Assembly (NCBI GenBank): GCA_013001045.1
Contig: JABDNG010000068.1
Span: 7,789-71,788 of the forward strand
DNA length: 64,000 nt
Direction of reading: 5' to 3'
Origin: Woeseiaceae bacterium
GTDB lineage: Bacteria > Pseudomonadota > Gammaproteobacteria > Steroidobacterales > Woeseiaceae
Position numbers and translations under genes: made by a program
Notes under the pieces: model-generated
What the model was told of the DNA's origin: nothing
Seen by the model: the letters and a program-made list of their open reading frames with translations, nothing else
Databases searched by the model: none
Shown here: positions 20,468-32,566 of the stretch, piece by piece
Position numbering within the stretch: position 1 is the stretch's first letter
Layout of the letters: each line of letters begins with the position of its first letter

Positions 20468-21694
20468 CTATTCGCGCGCCAGTTCGTCAGGGTGGTGCGT
20501 AAAGGGCCCCGGCGCGATGAGGGGTCGCAGCAGGAATACCAGGGTCGTACAGAGGCCGGCGGCTGCCATGATAATGACTGCGTTGCGCACCGAACCGTCA
20601 TAGATCACGGCGGCCAGTAGCGCGCCTCCCGCGCCGGCGAGGTTTTGCAGGGTGCCGACTATCGACGAAGCAACACCTGCAATCTTCGGCAAAGGATCAA
20701 GAGCGACAACCATGGTGTTGGACATCAGGATTGCAATTGTGAACATGTACAGGCAAACGCAAGCCCATACCCACCAGAATGGCGCAAGGTCCAGCCAGCC
20801 AATGAGGGTCAATTGCGCGCTTGCAGCAAAGATCAGGGCGACGCCAAGACCGATGAGTTGCAATTGATCGAAGCGTGTTACCAGTACGCGATTTGCGGCG
20901 GACCCGACGAGGATAGACAGGCCCGCGCATGCGAAAATCAGTCCGTATGCCTCGACGGAGTAACCGTAAATCTCGACGGTCAACGCGGCGGAGACCGCGA
21001 TGACTGACATGAATCCGGCCGGCGGCAAGAGCAGCAACAACAAACCGAATACGCTCTGCCGATGCGAGAAGAACTCGCGAAAACTGGAAATGAGTTGCCG
21101 TACCGGGTGTTCGCTGACCACCGGACGGTGTGTTTCAACCAGATTCCGTCGAATCGCCATGATCATCAGGTAAGCGCAAACTGCAATGGCTATGAAAGGC
21201 GCACGCCAACCCCATTGTGCGACGAGTAGCGCACCGAATGTTGGCGCGACGACAGGCGCAGCAGTGAAGATCATCGTCATCAATGACATCAGGCGCGCCG
21301 CATCTTTTCCTGACGCTATATCTCGTACGATGGCCCGCGACAACACGACCGCCGACGCGGCGCCAAGGCCCTGCACGAAACGGGCGATGAGCAGGTACTG
21401 CATGTCGTTCGACGCGGCCGCCACCGTTGCAGCGATCGCAAACAGCGTCATTCCGATGTACAGCGCAGGCAGTCGACCCAGGCGATCGGAAAACAGGCCC
21501 GCAGGAATCTGTCCGACGGCCATGCCGGCCATGAAGATGCCGACAATTTGCTGGCCGTGCGTCAGGGTCGATTCGAGCGCCACGACCATGGAAGGAATGG
21601 CCGGCAAACTGAGATCCACAGTGATTGCCGCCATGGCCGTAAGGATGCCAAGCGTCAGTACAAAGCGGCGAGACTGGATGAGGTGGGCGTTCAA
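20468..21694 (-). CDS. Bcr/CflA family MFS efflux transporter
   Basis: D..LPA.P, G..SDR.GR.P, RFVQG, RAIVRD and AP..AP..G motifs; about 12 TM segments. Confidence 0.85.
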   Translation of the reverse strand: MNAHLIQSRRFVLTLGILTAMAAITVDLSLPAIPSMVVALESTLTHGQQIVGIFMAGMAVGQIPAGLFSDRLGRLPALYIGMTLFAIAATVAAASNDMQYLLIARFVQGLGAASAVVLSRAIVRDIASGKDAARLMSLMTMIFTAAPVVAPTFGALLVAQWGWRAPFIAIAVCAYLMIMAIRRNLVETHRPVVSEHPVRQLISSFREFFSHRQSVFGLLLLLLPPAGFMSVIAVSAALTVEIYGYSVEAYGLIFACAGLSILVGSAANRVLVTRFDQLQLIGLGVALIFAASAQLTLIGWLDLAPFWWVWACVCLYMFTIAILMSNTMVVALDPLPKIAGVASSIVGTLQNLAGAGGALLAAVIYDGSVRNAVIIMAAAGLCTTLVFLLRPLIAPGPFTHHPDELARE

Positions 21695-21714
21695 GGGCGT
21701 GTAGTGTGCCCGCC

Positions 21715-22926
21715 CTAGATGGTATCCGCCAGTAGCAGGTCCGCAAGCTGCGGGGTTCCCATCCAGTACGTGAGTTCACGTGGATGGCCGATGTTCCAGA
21801 TTGCGATGTCGGCACGTTTTCCGACTTCAAGGGTGCCGCGATCGTCCGCGAGCCCGAGTGCTAGCGCCGCCTCACGCGTCGTGCCGGCAAGGCATTCCAG
21901 CGGCGTCAATGCGAATAGCCGGCTGGCCAGCATCATCGCATTGCGTAGCGAACACGTTGGAGACGTTCCCGGGTTGCAATCGCTGGCAACAGCGATAGGG
22001 ACCTTGCGCTCCCTGAGGGCGTCGACCGGCGGGCGCTGTGTTTCACCGAGCGTAAGATACGCGCCGGGCAGCAACACCGCGACGGCGCCCGCTTTGGCCA
22101 TGGCATTGACACCCGTGCTCGACGTGTATTCAAGATGGTCTGCCGACAATGCATTGAAATGTGCCGCGAGTTCCGCGCCGCCGCCGTCACTAAGCTGGTC
22201 GGCATGGAGCTTTACAGGCAGCCCCAGGTCAACTGCCGTGCGAAACAATCGGGCGACCTGTGGCGCGCTGAACGCAATGGTTTCGCAATAGGCGTCGACG
22301 GCATCTGCGAGTTTCCGCTCGGCGACGTCAGGTAGCAGCTCACCGCAGATCAGGTCGATGTACTTGTCCGCCTGGTGCTCGAATTCGGGCGGCACGGTGT
22401 GCGCTGCGAGCAGCGTTGTGCGAATTGTCATGCCCGAGGATTCGCCCAATCGCCGTGCTACCTCGAGCATCTTCAGCTCGTTTTCGACGTCCAGGCCGTA
22501 GCCGGACTTGATTTCGACCGTTGCAACGCCTTCGGCAAGCAATGCTTGTACTCGAGGCAGCGCGGCGTCGAACAGTTCGTCCGCCGATGCCGCGCGCGTG
22601 GCGCGCACGGTCGACAATATGCCGCCACCGGCATTCGCGATTTCTTCGTAGCTCACGCCCTGCAAGCGTTGCTCGAATTCCTGCGCCCGGTCGCCACCGA
22701 ACACGAGGTGTGTATGGCAGTCGATCAGCGCCGGCGTCAGCCACTGGCCGGCGACCGAGCGCGTCGACGCGGCGCTGCCGGTCGGCAGGTCTGCCTGTGG
22801 CCCGATCCAGGCGATTGAGCCGTCCGAGATCGCAAGCGCGGCTTCGCTGATTTCGCCGTAGTCCGGCGCGTCGGCGGCGAGCGTTGCGACTCGGGCGTCG
22901 GTCAGCAGCAGGTCCCATTGGGCCAT
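21715..22926 (-). CDS. hutI: Imidazolonepropionase
   Basis: [38 protein letters not shown] and D.NPGTSP motifs. Confidence 0.93.
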   Translation of the reverse strand: MAQWDLLLTDARVATLAADAPDYGEISEAALAISDGSIAWIGPQADLPTGSAASTRSVAGQWLTPALIDCHTHLVFGGDRAQEFEQRLQGVSYEEIANAGGGILSTVRATRAASADELFDAALPRVQALLAEGVATVEIKSGYGLDVENELKMLEVARRLGESSGMTIRTTLLAAHTVPPEFEHQADKYIDLICGELLPDVAERKLADAVDAYCETIAFSAPQVARLFRTAVDLGLPVKLHADQLSDGGGAELAAHFNALSADHLEYTSSTGVNAMAKAGAVAVLLPGAYLTLGETQRPPVDALRERKVPIAVASDCNPGTSPTCSLRNAMMLASRLFALTPLECLAGTTREAALALGLADDRGTLEVGKRADIAIWNIGHPRELTYWMGTPQLADLLLADTI

Positions 22927-22971
22927 CGAAGTTCTCCAGGAAATTGCATTCGAAATTACCATGTACTAGCC

Positions 22972-22981
22972 TGTATATACA
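22972..22981. promoter_or_regulatory. HutC operator
   Basis: Perfect palindrome TGTATATACA (TGTA-N2-TACA consensus) between divergent hutI and hutF. Confidence 0.8.
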
Positions 22982-22997
22982 ACTTAGCGAGGGCTTC

Positions 22998-24356
22998 ATG
23001 ACTTCCCTTTTTGCCAGCAAAGTACTACTACCCGGTGGTTGGGCCGACAATGTCCGATTCAGCATCGAGCGCGGCCTCATAAAGGCCGTCCAGGCGGCTA
23101 CCAAACCGCTGGCCGACGACACGCTTGCAGGGTGTGTCATTCCGGGCTTGAGCAACGCTCACAGCCATGCGTTCCAGCGCGCCCTGGCCGGTCATACCGA
23201 GCAACGCTCGCCGGCCGGGCACGACAGTTTCTGGACGTGGCGCGAGCGCATGTATGAACTGGCGGGCCGCGTGAATGCCGAGGCGCTGGCCGCGATCGCC
23301 CGGCAGGTCTATTGCGAGATGCTGGCCAGCGGCTATACGGCGGTTGCCGAATTTCATTACCTGCATCGCGACCCCGAGAATCCGGACAAACAGGACGCGA
23401 TGCTGCAGGCAATCGTGCGGGCTGCGAGCGATAGCGGCATCCGCCTCACGTATGTGCCGGTGCTTTATGAGCGAGCCGGATTCAATGATCCCGAGCCTGC
23501 GGCCAATCAGCGTAATTTTGCAATGACCCTCGACGAGTTTCTCGCGCATCGCGAAAGGGCGACGGGGTATGGTAGCGAGTCGATCGCCATTGGTATCGGC
23601 GCACACAGTTTACGCGCCGTCAGTCAAGAGTCGCTGCTGGAAATTGCACGCGTTGCCGCAGCCAACAACGCGCCGATGCATCTGCACATCGCCGAACAGC
23701 AGCGTGAAGTCGATCAATGCATGGCGGCTTACGGTCGCCGGCCGGTACGCTGGTTGCTCGAGAACCTGGATGTTACGGAGCACTGGTGTCTCGTTCATGC
23801 CACCCACATGGATTTTGACGAAACGGTCGCGCTGGCGAAGTCGGGCGCCGTGGCCGCGCTCTGTCCGAGTACGGAAGCAAATCTCGGCGACGGCCTGTTT
23901 CCCCTGCACGATTACCTGAAGGAAGGCGGTCGAATCGCCATCGGTTCCGACAGCCATATATCGATTAACCCATTCGAGGAGCTGCGTTGGCTCGAGTACG
24001 GCCAGCGGCTCGCAACAGGATCGCGCAATGTCGCCTCGCTGCGGGACAGCCATGTCGGCCGCGAATTGTTTTCGCGCTCGCTCGAAGGCGGCGCGATGGC
24101 CTGCGGGCAGTCGACCGTCGGGCTCGAAGCCGGCGCGCCCGCCGATCTCGTTGTGCTTAGCGACGATGACCCTATGCTGGCTGGCCATAACGATGAGTCG
24201 CGGCTCGATGCACTGGTGTTTTCCGGTTATCCGTTGCCCGTCGAGCGCGTCATGGTTAATGGCGACTGGCGCGTCGTCGATGCGATGCATGTTGATCGCG
24301 ATCACGCCCGGTCCGACTATGCAGCGACGATGAGGTCGCTCGGAGCAGTGCGATGA
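22998..24356 (+). CDS. hutF: Formimidoylglutamate deiminase
   Basis: NAHSHAFQRA, SFWTWRE.MY, AEFHYLH, HSLRAV, TEANLGDG and GSDSH motifs. Confidence 0.93.
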   Translation: MTSLFASKVLLPGGWADNVRFSIERGLIKAVQAATKPLADDTLAGCVIPGLSNAHSHAFQRALAGHTEQRSPAGHDSFWTWRERMYELAGRVNAEALAAIARQVYCEMLASGYTAVAEFHYLHRDPENPDKQDAMLQAIVRAASDSGIRLTYVPVLYERAGFNDPEPAANQRNFAMTLDEFLAHRERATGYGSESIAIGIGAHSLRAVSQESLLEIARVAAANNAPMHLHIAEQQREVDQCMAAYGRRPVRWLLENLDVTEHWCLVHATHMDFDETVALAKSGAVAALCPSTEANLGDGLFPLHDYLKEGGRIAIGSDSHISINPFEELRWLEYGQRLATGSRNVASLRDSHVGRELFSRSLEGGAMACGQSTVGLEAGAPADLVVLSDDDPMLAGHNDESRLDALVFSGYPLPVERVMVNGDWRVVDAMHVDRDHARSDYAATMRSLGAVR

Positions 24357-25117
24357 ATCAGGCCAAGCCGCGCTACCAACAGCTGAAAGACCTGATCATC
24401 GGCAGGATTTCAACGGGCGAGCTGCAGCCCGAGGATCGCGTCCCATCGGAGAACGAACTGGTCGAGTCGATGAGCGTGTCGCGAATGACGGCAAATCGTG
24501 CGCTACGAGAATTGAACGACGAAGGCTATGTCGAACGAGTGGCGGGTCGCGGCACGTTCGTATCCGATTTTCGTTCGCAGTCACACCTGCTCGAAGTGCA
24601 TAACATCGCGGACGAAATCTTGCGGCGCGGGCACTCGCACTCCTGCGAGGTCGTGCGCCAGTCGCGGCAGCGTGCCCGCGGCGAAGTGGCGAAGGCGTTG
24701 CATGTGGAGCAAGGCACCGAGGTCTTTCACCTGTTGCTCGTTCATTTTGAGAACGGCGTTCCGATTCAGCTCGAGGACCGCCACGTTGTCGCTCGTTTTG
24801 CGCCGGATTGCCTGCAGCAGAACTTCGAATCGGTAACGCCGAGTGCCTACCTCACGTCGATAGCACCTTTGCAGGAAGCCGAACAAGTGGTGCGCGCGAG
24901 CCTGCCGAATGCTGCCGTTCGCAAACATCTTCACATTGAAGAGACTGAAGCGAGTCTCGTCGTCATTCGACGAACCTGGTCGCATGGGCGCCCAGTGACG
25001 TTCGCTCGTTTACACCATCCCGGCAGCCGCTACGAGTTGACCGGACACTACACGCCACCCGGAACGCCCCGGTCGACGCCGGAGGAAGTGGTGCAGCTGG
25101 AGGAGTTACGGCAATGA
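24353..25117 (+). CDS. hutC: Histidine utilisation repressor (GntR/UTRA)
   Basis: PSENEL...VSRMT.NRAL HTH followed by a UTRA domain. Confidence 0.92.
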   Translation: MNQAKPRYQQLKDLIIGRISTGELQPEDRVPSENELVESMSVSRMTANRALRELNDEGYVERVAGRGTFVSDFRSQSHLLEVHNIADEILRRGHSHSCEVVRQSRQRARGEVAKALHVEQGTEVFHLLLVHFENGVPIQLEDRHVVARFAPDCLQQNFESVTPSAYLTSIAPLQEAEQVVRASLPNAAVRKHLHIEETEASLVVIRRTWSHGRPVTFARLHHPGSRYELTGHYTPPGTPRSTPEEVVQLEELRQ

Positions 25118-26778
25118 ATAGGGTCGTTAAAGCGCCCACAGGCACGGATCTTCAGGCCAAGAGCTGGCTGACCGAGGCGCCGTTGCGAATGCTTATGAAC
25201 AACCTCGATCCCGAGGTTGCGGAACGTCCGCAAGATCTCGTCGTGTACGGCGGAATCGGCAAAGCGGCCCGTAATTGGGAATGCTTCGATGTCATCGTCT
25301 CGACATTGAAGGCGCTCGAAGACGACGAGACCTTGCTCGTGCAATCGGGCAAGCCAGTCGGCGTATTCAAGACGCACGCTGACGCGCCGCGCGTACTCAT
25401 CGCCAACTCCAACCTGGTGCCTGCCTGGGCGAACTGGGAACACTTTCGCGAACTCGACAGGAAAGGCCTGATGATGTTCGGCCAGATGACGGCGGGCTCC
25501 TGGATTTACATCGGCAGCCAGGGAATCGTGCAGGGCACGTACGAGACCTTCGTCGAAATGGGGCGGCAGCATTACGACGGCGATCTTGCCGGGCGATGGA
25601 TTCTGACGGCTGGCCTCGGCGGCATGGGCGGCGCGCAGCCACTGGCTGCAACCATGGCAGGCGCATCGATGCTCGCGATCGAGTGTCAATCCGATCGCAT
25701 CGACATGCGGCTTGCGACCGGCTACCTCGATACCCGTGCCAAGTCCCTCGACGAGGGCGTGGCGATCATCGAGAAATCGGTGCATGACAAGCAGCCGGTA
25801 TCGGTTGGCCTGCTTGGCAATGCGGCCGAAATCCTGCCAGAGCTGGTCCGGCGCGGCATCCGTCCCGACGCAGTCACCGACCAGACGTCTGCGCATGATC
25901 CGGCAAATGGCTACTTGCCTATTGGCTGGACGGTGCAGGAATGGTTCGCGCGGCGCGATAAGGACCCGGACGCCGTTGTGATCGCTGCATGCGAGTCGAT
26001 GGCCGTGCATGTTCGAGCGATGCTCGATTTTCAAAAACAGGGCATACCGACCTTCGACTACGGCAACAACATTCGGCAGGTTGCTTTCGACGAGGGCGTT
26101 GAGAACGCATTCGACTTTCCGGGTTTCGTCCCTGCGTACGTGCGTCCGTTGTTTTGCCGCGGCATCGGTCCATTTCGGTGGGCCGCGTTGTCGGGTGACC
26201 CCGAAGACATCTACAAGACCGATGCCAAAGTGAAAGAGTTGATTCCGGACGACCATCATCTGCACAACTGGCTCGATGCCGCGCGCGAGCGCATCCATTT
26301 TCAGGGCCTGCCCGCGAGAATCTGCTGGGTTGGGCTGGGCCAGCGCGATCGCCTGGGCCTGGCGTTTAACGAAATGGTCCGCAATGGCGAACTCACTGCT
26401 CCCGTCGTCATCGGCCGCGATCATCTCGACAGCGGTTCCGTTGCAAGCCCCAATCGCGAAACTGAATCGATGCTGGATGGCAGCGATGCGGTGTCGGACT
26501 GGGCGATGCTCAACGCACTCTTAAGCACGGCCAGCGGTGCGACGTGGGTGTCGTTGCACCATGGTGGCGGTGTCGGTATGGGTTACTCGCAGCACGCAGG
26601 CCTCGTCATCGTCTGCGACGGCAGCGTCGATGCCGATCGCCGCATCGCGCGTGTGTTGTGGAACGATCCGGCGACGGGCGTCATGCGACATGCCGATGCG
26701 GGCTACGAACTTGCCATCGACTGTGCGCGGGAAAACGGACTTAACCTGCCGATGATCGATGCCGGAGGTGGATCATGA
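25114..26778 (+). CDS. hutU: Urocanate hydratase
   Basis: [25 protein letters not shown] and GRDHLD motifs. Confidence 0.96.
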   Translation: MNRVVKAPTGTDLQAKSWLTEAPLRMLMNNLDPEVAERPQDLVVYGGIGKAARNWECFDVIVSTLKALEDDETLLVQSGKPVGVFKTHADAPRVLIANSNLVPAWANWEHFRELDRKGLMMFGQMTAGSWIYIGSQGIVQGTYETFVEMGRQHYDGDLAGRWILTAGLGGMGGAQPLAATMAGASMLAIECQSDRIDMRLATGYLDTRAKSLDEGVAIIEKSVHDKQPVSVGLLGNAAEILPELVRRGIRPDAVTDQTSAHDPANGYLPIGWTVQEWFARRDKDPDAVVIAACESMAVHVRAMLDFQKQGIPTFDYGNNIRQVAFDEGVENAFDFPGFVPAYVRPLFCRGIGPFRWAALSGDPEDIYKTDAKVKELIPDDHHLHNWLDAARERIHFQGLPARICWVGLGQRDRLGLAFNEMVRNGELTAPVVIGRDHLDSGSVASPNRETESMLDGSDAVSDWAMLNALLSTASGATWVSLHHGGGVGMGYSQHAGLVIVCDGSVDADRRIARVLWNDPATGVMRHADAGYELAIDCARENGLNLPMIDAGGGS

Positions 26779-28304
26779 AACTGGTCATCGACAATCAGCT
26801 AGTCACGCTCAGCGACTTGCGTGCAGCCTGGCATGACGGCGTTTCCGTCACGCTCGGTAACGATGCACGGTACCGAATCGCGGAAGCGAACGAATTCATC
26901 GATGAAGTCGTCGCCCACGGTGACACGGTGTACGGCGTCAACACAGGATTCGGCCAGATGGCGCAGGTACGCATCAGCAACGACGAACTTGCACACCTGC
27001 AGGAGAACCTCGTGCGCTCGCACGCCGTCGGAGTCGGCGAAGACCTTGACGACGAAATCGTTCGCCTGGTCATGCTCATGAAAGTCGTGGCGTTGTCGGC
27101 AGGGTTCTCAGGCGTCCGTATCGAGCTCGTCGAAGCGCTCTGTGCGCTCATTAACCATGAAATTTATCCGCGCATACCGTCACGAGGCTCGGTCGGTGCC
27201 TCCGGTGATCTTGCGCCACTGGCCCACATGGCCGGGGCATTAATCGGCGTCGGCGAGGTTCGTGTGCAGGGTAACCTGGTGCCCGCGCCCATCGCGCTCA
27301 AAGCCGCCGGCCTGGAGCCGGTCAGGCTCGCACCTAAGGAAGGTCTCGCATTGTTGAACGGCACGCAGGTCTCTACGGCGCTGGCGCTGGGGGCGGTGTT
27401 TCGCACTGAGAATGTCTTGTCGGCCGCGCTAATGGCCGGTGCCATGTCGTCGGATGCCGTACAGGGTAGTGATACACCATTCGACAAGCGCATCCAGAGC
27501 GTTCGCGGTCATGGCGGCCAGATAGCGGTCGCCGGCGTCTTGCGCGAACTGATGCACGGCAGCGATATTCGGGCATCCCATCTCGAATGTGACCGCGTGC
27601 AGGACCCGTATTCGATCCGTTGCCAGCCACAGGTGGTCGGTGCATGTCTCGATGTCGTTCGGCATGTCTGTTCCGTGCTGCAAACCGAGGCGAATGCAGT
27701 GACTGACAATCCGCTGGTTTTCGTCGAGTCCCAGGCTGTGTTATCCGGAGGCAATTTTCATGCAGAGCCGGTGGCCCTCGCGGCCGATTACCTGGCGCTG
27801 GCCATCGCGGAGATCGGCGCTTTATCCGAACGTCGAATCGCGCTGCTCATCGATTCGCATTTAAGCGGTTTGCCGCCGTTCCTGGTAGCCGAGGGCGGTC
27901 TCAACAGCGGTTTCATGATGGCGCAGGTAACTGCGGCGGCGCTGGCTTCAGAAAACAAGGGGCACGCACATCCCGCGAGCGTGGACAGTCTTCCAACATC
28001 GGCCAACCAGGAAGACCATGTGAGCATGTCGACCTATGCGGCGCGCCGCCTGCACACGATGCTCGACAACGTGGCCGACATCGTGGCGATTGAGCTACTG
28101 GCGGCGGCGCAGGGAATCGATTTCCATCATCCGCAAACAAGTTCGCCGCCGATCGAAGACGTCATGAAAGCGCTGCGCGAGATATCGCCGCCCTATACCG
28201 AGGATCGCTCATTGTCATCCGACATAAGGCGCGTCGCCGCAACCATTGACGACGGTAACTACTGTCGCTACGCGGAGTCAGTGCTGCCGAGCATGTGCAC
28301 ATGA
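26775..28304 (+). CDS. hutH: Histidine ammonia-lyase
   Basis: [11 protein letters not shown] motif [19 protein letters not shown] and NQEDHVSM. Confidence 0.96.
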   Translation: MKLVIDNQLVTLSDLRAAWHDGVSVTLGNDARYRIAEANEFIDEVVAHGDTVYGVNTGFGQMAQVRISNDELAHLQENLVRSHAVGVGEDLDDEIVRLVMLMKVVALSAGFSGVRIELVEALCALINHEIYPRIPSRGSVGASGDLAPLAHMAGALIGVGEVRVQGNLVPAPIALKAAGLEPVRLAPKEGLALLNGTQVSTALALGAVFRTENVLSAALMAGAMSSDAVQGSDTPFDKRIQSVRGHGGQIAVAGVLRELMHGSDIRASHLECDRVQDPYSIRCQPQVVGACLDVVRHVCSVLQTEANAVTDNPLVFVESQAVLSGGNFHAEPVALAADYLALAIAEIGALSERRIALLIDSHLSGLPPFLVAEGGLNSGFMMAQVTAAALASENKGHAHPASVDSLPTSANQEDHVSMSTYAARRLHTMLDNVADIVAIELLAAAQGIDFHHPQTSSPPIEDVMKALREISPPYTEDRSLSSDIRRVAATIDDGNYCRYAESVLPSMCT

Positions 28305-29083
28305 TCGAGGTTTACAATCACTATGATGGCGAACTGCCACTGTTGATCAGTGTGCCGCACGATGGTTGCCACCTGCCGAATGACATGCGTGAGCGCATGA
28401 CGTCAATCGGCCTGGCTGTGCCCGATACGGACTGGCATGTGGCGGAGTTGTACGATTTTGCGCGCGAACTCGGCGCGTCGATGCAGGTCGCGAACTATTC
28501 GCGTTACGTCGTTGACCTGAATCGATCGGCGACGGACGAGGTCCTGTATCCCGGGCAGCTCGTCACAGGTCTTTGTCCCGTGCAGACGTTCTCCGGCGAA
28601 GATATTTACGCGACGGGTGGCGTAACTGAAGACGAAAAAGCGCGGCGCATCGAAAACTACTGGCAGCCCTATCATGCGCATATTGAAGCGACACTGGCGG
28701 CGATGCAGGCGAAGCACGGCTATGCACTGCTCTGGGACGCACACTCGATACCGAGCGTTGTACCGCGATTATTCGAAGGTGAGTTGCCCGCACTCAACAT
28801 TGGCACTAACGATGGCAAGAGTTGCGCGCCCTCGATAGAGGCGGCGATAGTGCGCGCGGCCAAGAACAATCTCTACGACATGGCTGTCAACGGTCGTTTC
28901 AAAGGCGGCTATATCACGCGCCAGTACGGCGATCCGGACAATGGTGTTCATGCCGTCCAGCTTGAAATTGCGCAGCGCGCGTACATGGACGAGACGACGA
29001 TCGTGTTCGATGCCGAAAAGGCTACGCACTTGCGGGTCTCGCTGCGAGAAATGCTGCAGGCATTCCTGGATGCCGCGCGCTGA
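28301..29083 (+). CDS. hutG: N-formylglutamate deformylase
   Basis: SVPH.G, DTDW, SRYVVDLNR, DAHSI and GRFKGGYITR motifs. Confidence 0.92.
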   Translation: MIEVYNHYDGELPLLISVPHDGCHLPNDMRERMTSIGLAVPDTDWHVAELYDFARELGASMQVANYSRYVVDLNRSATDEVLYPGQLVTGLCPVQTFSGEDIYATGGVTEDEKARRIENYWQPYHAHIEATLAAMQAKHGYALLWDAHSIPSVVPRLFEGELPALNIGTNDGKSCAPSIEAAIVRAAKNNLYDMAVNGRFKGGYITRQYGDPDNGVHAVQLEIAQRAYMDETTIVFDAEKATHLRVSLREMLQAFLDAAR

Positions 29084-29208
29084 GGCGCGCCGAGGTTCAG
29101 GCAAGATTAAAGGCGGCCGAACTACGCTGCGCGCGATATTCAGCTATTATTGCCATCCTGACAGCGGACTCGCTGACCTGGCTGCTCTTTCCTACAGGAA
29201 TCCAAGTA

Positions 29209-29760
29209 ATGATCAAGCAAAGAAACGTAACGCGTCCGCTGACACTCGTACTGGCAATGCTGTTCGCGTCATCGGTGCTGGCCGCATCGGCCGATAAGCT
29301 GAATCGTGAGGCGGACAAGACCTTGCAGGTGTTTCAGGAAGAAATTGGCGGTGCGGACGTTTTCCTGAACCAGGCTGCCGGTTACCTGGTATTTCCACGC
29401 GTTATAAAAGTCGGCTTTGTCTTCGGTGCGGAAACGGGAGAAGGTGTGCTGCGCGTGGGTGGTTCCACTGTCTCGTATTACCGTACGACGGGCGGTTCGT
29501 TTGGGCTGCAAATGGGCGCACAGGCGAAGTCAATCGTCATTGCTTTTCTAACGCGTGAGTCACTCGACAAATTTCGAAACTCGAGCGGCTGGAAAGTGGG
29601 CGTCGATGGATCGGTTGCGCTCATCGACGTTGGCGCCGGCAAGACCATCGACAGCGACAATGTCAGGGACCCGGTCGTTGGCTTCATTTTTGGATCCAAA
29701 GGCCTTATGTACAACCTGACGCTGGAAGGCTCGAAGTTCACGAAGCTCGACAAGTCCTGA
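29209..29760 (+). CDS. YSC84/SYLF-domain exported protein
   Basis: Signal peptide; LVFP.V.K.G..G...GEG.L, S.GLQ.G.Q and GLM....LEGSK motifs. Confidence 0.8.
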   Translation: MIKQRNVTRPLTLVLAMLFASSVLAASADKLNREADKTLQVFQEEIGGADVFLNQAAGYLVFPRVIKVGFVFGAETGEGVLRVGGSTVSYYRTTGGSFGLQMGAQAKSIVIAFLTRESLDKFRNSSGWKVGVDGSVALIDVGAGKTIDSDNVRDPVVGFIFGSKGLMYNLTLEGSKFTKLDKS

Positions 29761-29764
29761 TCTC

Positions 29765-30217
29765 TTGGACGATCGGCAGGCCAGGTCCGGGAAGAGTGGC
29801 AATCGCACGATAAGCCAACTCATCGGAGAGGGTGCACGGGTCCTGCCGCAGAAATCGCACGGCTGGTTTCGGACCTGGTTTCGGAAGGTCTGGAGAGTGC
29901 GGGGCGGCGGGCTATACGCGTTGGGCTTTGCCGGCTTCTTCATAATTTTCGAGGTCGCGTCGCTGGGCGAGGACCTGGCGGGTGTCGGCAGCCTCTTCAA
30001 CGGGCAAGCCATCAGTTTTCTTGTCGAAGTTGTCATCGACTCGTTCAAGAATACGCTCAAGGCGCTGATGTGGCCCGTTTACGTTGTGCAACTGGCGCCT
30101 CCGTGGGGCGCGATCGCTTTGGGGCTGGCTTTCATCGCATTTACCCGCTATCTGAAACGGCCTGTCGAGAAATGGCTGTTTCGTGACGAATCGACAGACA
30201 ATCACCAGGGGCCGTAG
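29765..30217 (+). CDS. Hypothetical membrane protein
   Basis: Open frame with 2-3 hydrophobic segments filling the gap between same-strand genes. Confidence 0.6.
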   Translation: MDDRQARSGKSGNRTISQLIGEGARVLPQKSHGWFRTWFRKVWRVRGGGLYALGFAGFFIIFEVASLGEDLAGVGSLFNGQAISFLVEVVIDSFKNTLKALMWPVYVVQLAPPWGAIALGLAFIAFTRYLKRPVEKWLFRDESTDNHQGP

Positions 30218-30232
30218 CCCGGGATCAAAACC

Positions 30233-32566
30233 ATGCATGTAAATACAGCAATTCGCCGTGCCCTGTTCACCATCGTCGTCTCATCCTTGCTGGGTGCGTG
30301 TGCACAACAGGCTCATCAACCGACGCCTGTCGCGGCGGCATCCGGCGTGCCCTTGACGAACGCGGCTATCTTCGAGGACCGGGCTTACAAGGCGAAAGTA
30401 CCGGGCGCCGTACGCTGGCTCGACGATGGGTCGGGCTATACGGCGCTGGAAACCGTCGAAGCCTACGAAGACGCCGAGCTGGAACTCGATGAGCTTGGCG
30501 AAGAAATAAACCCCTACCGGGAAATCGTGCAATACGATCCGCTGACACTCGAGCGAACGGTGCTGGTTTCCCTGAGTCAGTTGACGCCAGAGGGCGCAGA
30601 CCAGGCACTCGCTGTCGATGACTATCAATGGTCGGATGACAACAGCAAATTGCTGATTTACAGCAATAGCAGGAAGGTCTGGCGGCAACGAAGTCGAGGC
30701 GACTACTGGATTCTCGAATTCGACGGCCAGAAACTCTGGCAACTCGGCGGCGAATTGTCGGAACCCAGCCAGATGATGTTCGGCAAGTTCTCGCCGGACG
30801 CCACGAAATTCGCCTACGTATGGCGCGACAACATCTATGTGCAGGATCTCTCATCGGGAAACATCACAGCGCTGACGAACGATGCCTCCGACACGATAAT
30901 AAACGGACGGTTCGACTGGGCCTACGAAGAAGAGTTCGGCATTCTCGATGGTTTTCGCTGGAGCCCGGACAGTCGACGCATCGCCTACTGGCAACTGGAC
31001 ACGCACGCCGCACGCGATTTCCTGATCATCAACAATACCGACGAGTTGTACCCGACCGTTACTCGGATTCCGTATCCGAAGGTCGGGCAGGAAAACTCGG
31101 CGGCTCGAATAGGCATTGTAAGCGTCGATGATCAAAAAACGATCTGGGTAGCGTTACCCGGTATCGCAAAAGACATGTATGTCCCGCGCATGGACTGGGC
31201 GAATAACAGCGACCAGGTTCTCGTTCAGCAATTGAATCGCAAGCAGGACACGAACCGCGTTTTCTATGCCGACGCCGACACGGGGGGCGTCCAGGAAGCC
31301 TTCGTCGAACGGGAAGAGACGTTTATCGAGGATGTCATCGATCCCGAGTGGCTGAAAGACACTGATGTTTTTATCTGGCACAGCGAGCGCAGCGGTTGGC
31401 GACATATCTACTCCGTGAGTCGCGACGGGCGGACGTTCACGGATCTGACGCCGGGCGAGTTCGACGTCGTTGAGTTCATCTCGGTCGATGAAACTCGAGG
31501 CTGGCTGTACTTTATAGCGGCGCCTGAGAATGTGACACAGCGGTACTTATACCGCACACGACTCGACGGCAGCGGCCAGATGGAACGCGTTACGCCTGCC
31601 GAATTCGAAGGCACGAACAGCTACCAGGTGTCGGGAGACTCGGGTTGGGCCATTCAGACCTACTCGCGGTTCCTGCGGCCACCGGTATTCAATCTTGTGT
31701 CATTGCCGGATCACAAAGTGCACCACGTGCTCGAAGACAACGCAGATCTCGCCGCGAAGATCGCAGACCTGGGGCTCGGCGAACTCGAGTTCTACCAGGT
31801 CAAAGCGCAGGATGGACTGACGCTGGATGGCTTCATGTTGCGTCCGCCGAATTTCGATACAGAGCGCCGGTATCCGATTATCAACTACGTCTACGGTGAA
31901 CCATGGGGCCAGACAGTTCGGGACAGCTGGGGGGGTTCAAGAAACCTGTGGCACATGCTGATGTCGCAGCGCGGCTTCATCATTTCTTCGATCGACAACC
32001 GCGGTACGCGAGCGCCGCGCGGCCGTGACTGGCGACGTTCTATTTACGGGGCGGTTGGCATCCTCGGATCTCGTGACCAGTCCGACTCACTAAAGGCCAT
32101 CTGTTCGCGCTGGCGGTCTGTGGATTGTGATCGTGTCGGCGTCTGGGGTCACTCCGGCGGCGGTTCAATGACGCTCAACCTGATGTTCCGGTATCCCGAC
32201 CAGTATCACGTCGGCATCTCGCGAGCCCCGGTGGCGGATCAGCGCTTGTACGACTCGATCTACCAGGAGCGTTACTCGGGCCTCCTCTCCGACTATGAGG
32301 AAGGTTATCGGCTGGGCTCACCGATCACCCATGCATCTCAGCTCGAGGGCAAATTGCTCATCATGCATGGCACCGGGGACGACAATGTGCACTACCAGGG
32401 TACGGAGCGCCTTATTAACGAACTGGTCAAGCATAACCGTCTGTTTGACATGCTCGCGTACCCGAATCGCCAGCATGGCATTCGCAAGGGCGAGGGAACC
32501 GAGTTGCACATGTATGCAACGATGACGGCTTATTTCGAGGAACACCTCAAGGCGTCAGCTCGATGA
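30233..32566 (+). CDS. Dipeptidyl peptidase IV-like S9 peptidase, lipoprotein
   Basis: LLGAC lipobox, DWAYEEEF, GHSGGG nucleophile, DDNVH and C-terminal His. Confidence 0.9.
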   Translation: MHVNTAIRRALFTIVVSSLLGACAQQAHQPTPVAAASGVPLTNAAIFEDRAYKAKVPGAVRWLDDGSGYTALETVEAYEDAELELDELGEEINPYREIVQYDPLTLERTVLVSLSQLTPEGADQALAVDDYQWSDDNSKLLIYSNSRKVWRQRSRGDYWILEFDGQKLWQLGGELSEPSQMMFGKFSPDATKFAYVWRDNIYVQDLSSGNITALTNDASDTIINGRFDWAYEEEFGILDGFRWSPDSRRIAYWQLDTHAARDFLIINNTDELYPTVTRIPYPKVGQENSAARIGIVSVDDQKTIWVALPGIAKDMYVPRMDWANNSDQVLVQQLNRKQDTNRVFYADADTGGVQEAFVEREETFIEDVIDPEWLKDTDVFIWHSERSGWRHIYSVSRDGRTFTDLTPGEFDVVEFISVDETRGWLYFIAAPENVTQRYLYRTRLDGSGQMERVTPAEFEGTNSYQVSGDSGWAIQTYSRFLRPPVFNLVSLPDHKVHHVLEDNADLAAKIADLGLGELEFYQVKAQDGLTLDGFMLRPPNFDTERRYPIINYVYGEPWGQTVRDSWGGSRNLWHMLMSQRGFIISSIDNRGTRAPRGRDWRRSIYGAVGILGSRDQSDSLKAICSRWRSVDCDRVGVWGHSGGGSMTLNLMFRYPDQYHVGISRAPVADQRLYDSIYQERYSGLLSDYEEGYRLGSPITHASQLEGKLLIMHGTGDDNVHYQGTERLINELVKHNRLFDMLAYPNRQHGIRKGEGTELHMYATMTAYFEEHLKASAR

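Noticed and set aside
25048..26424. Long antisense ORFs (e.g. 458 aa opposite hutU; also 14014-15060, 34459-35475, 48583-49698)
   Set aside because: Shadow ORFs expected from high-GC codon bias opposite well-supported genes.
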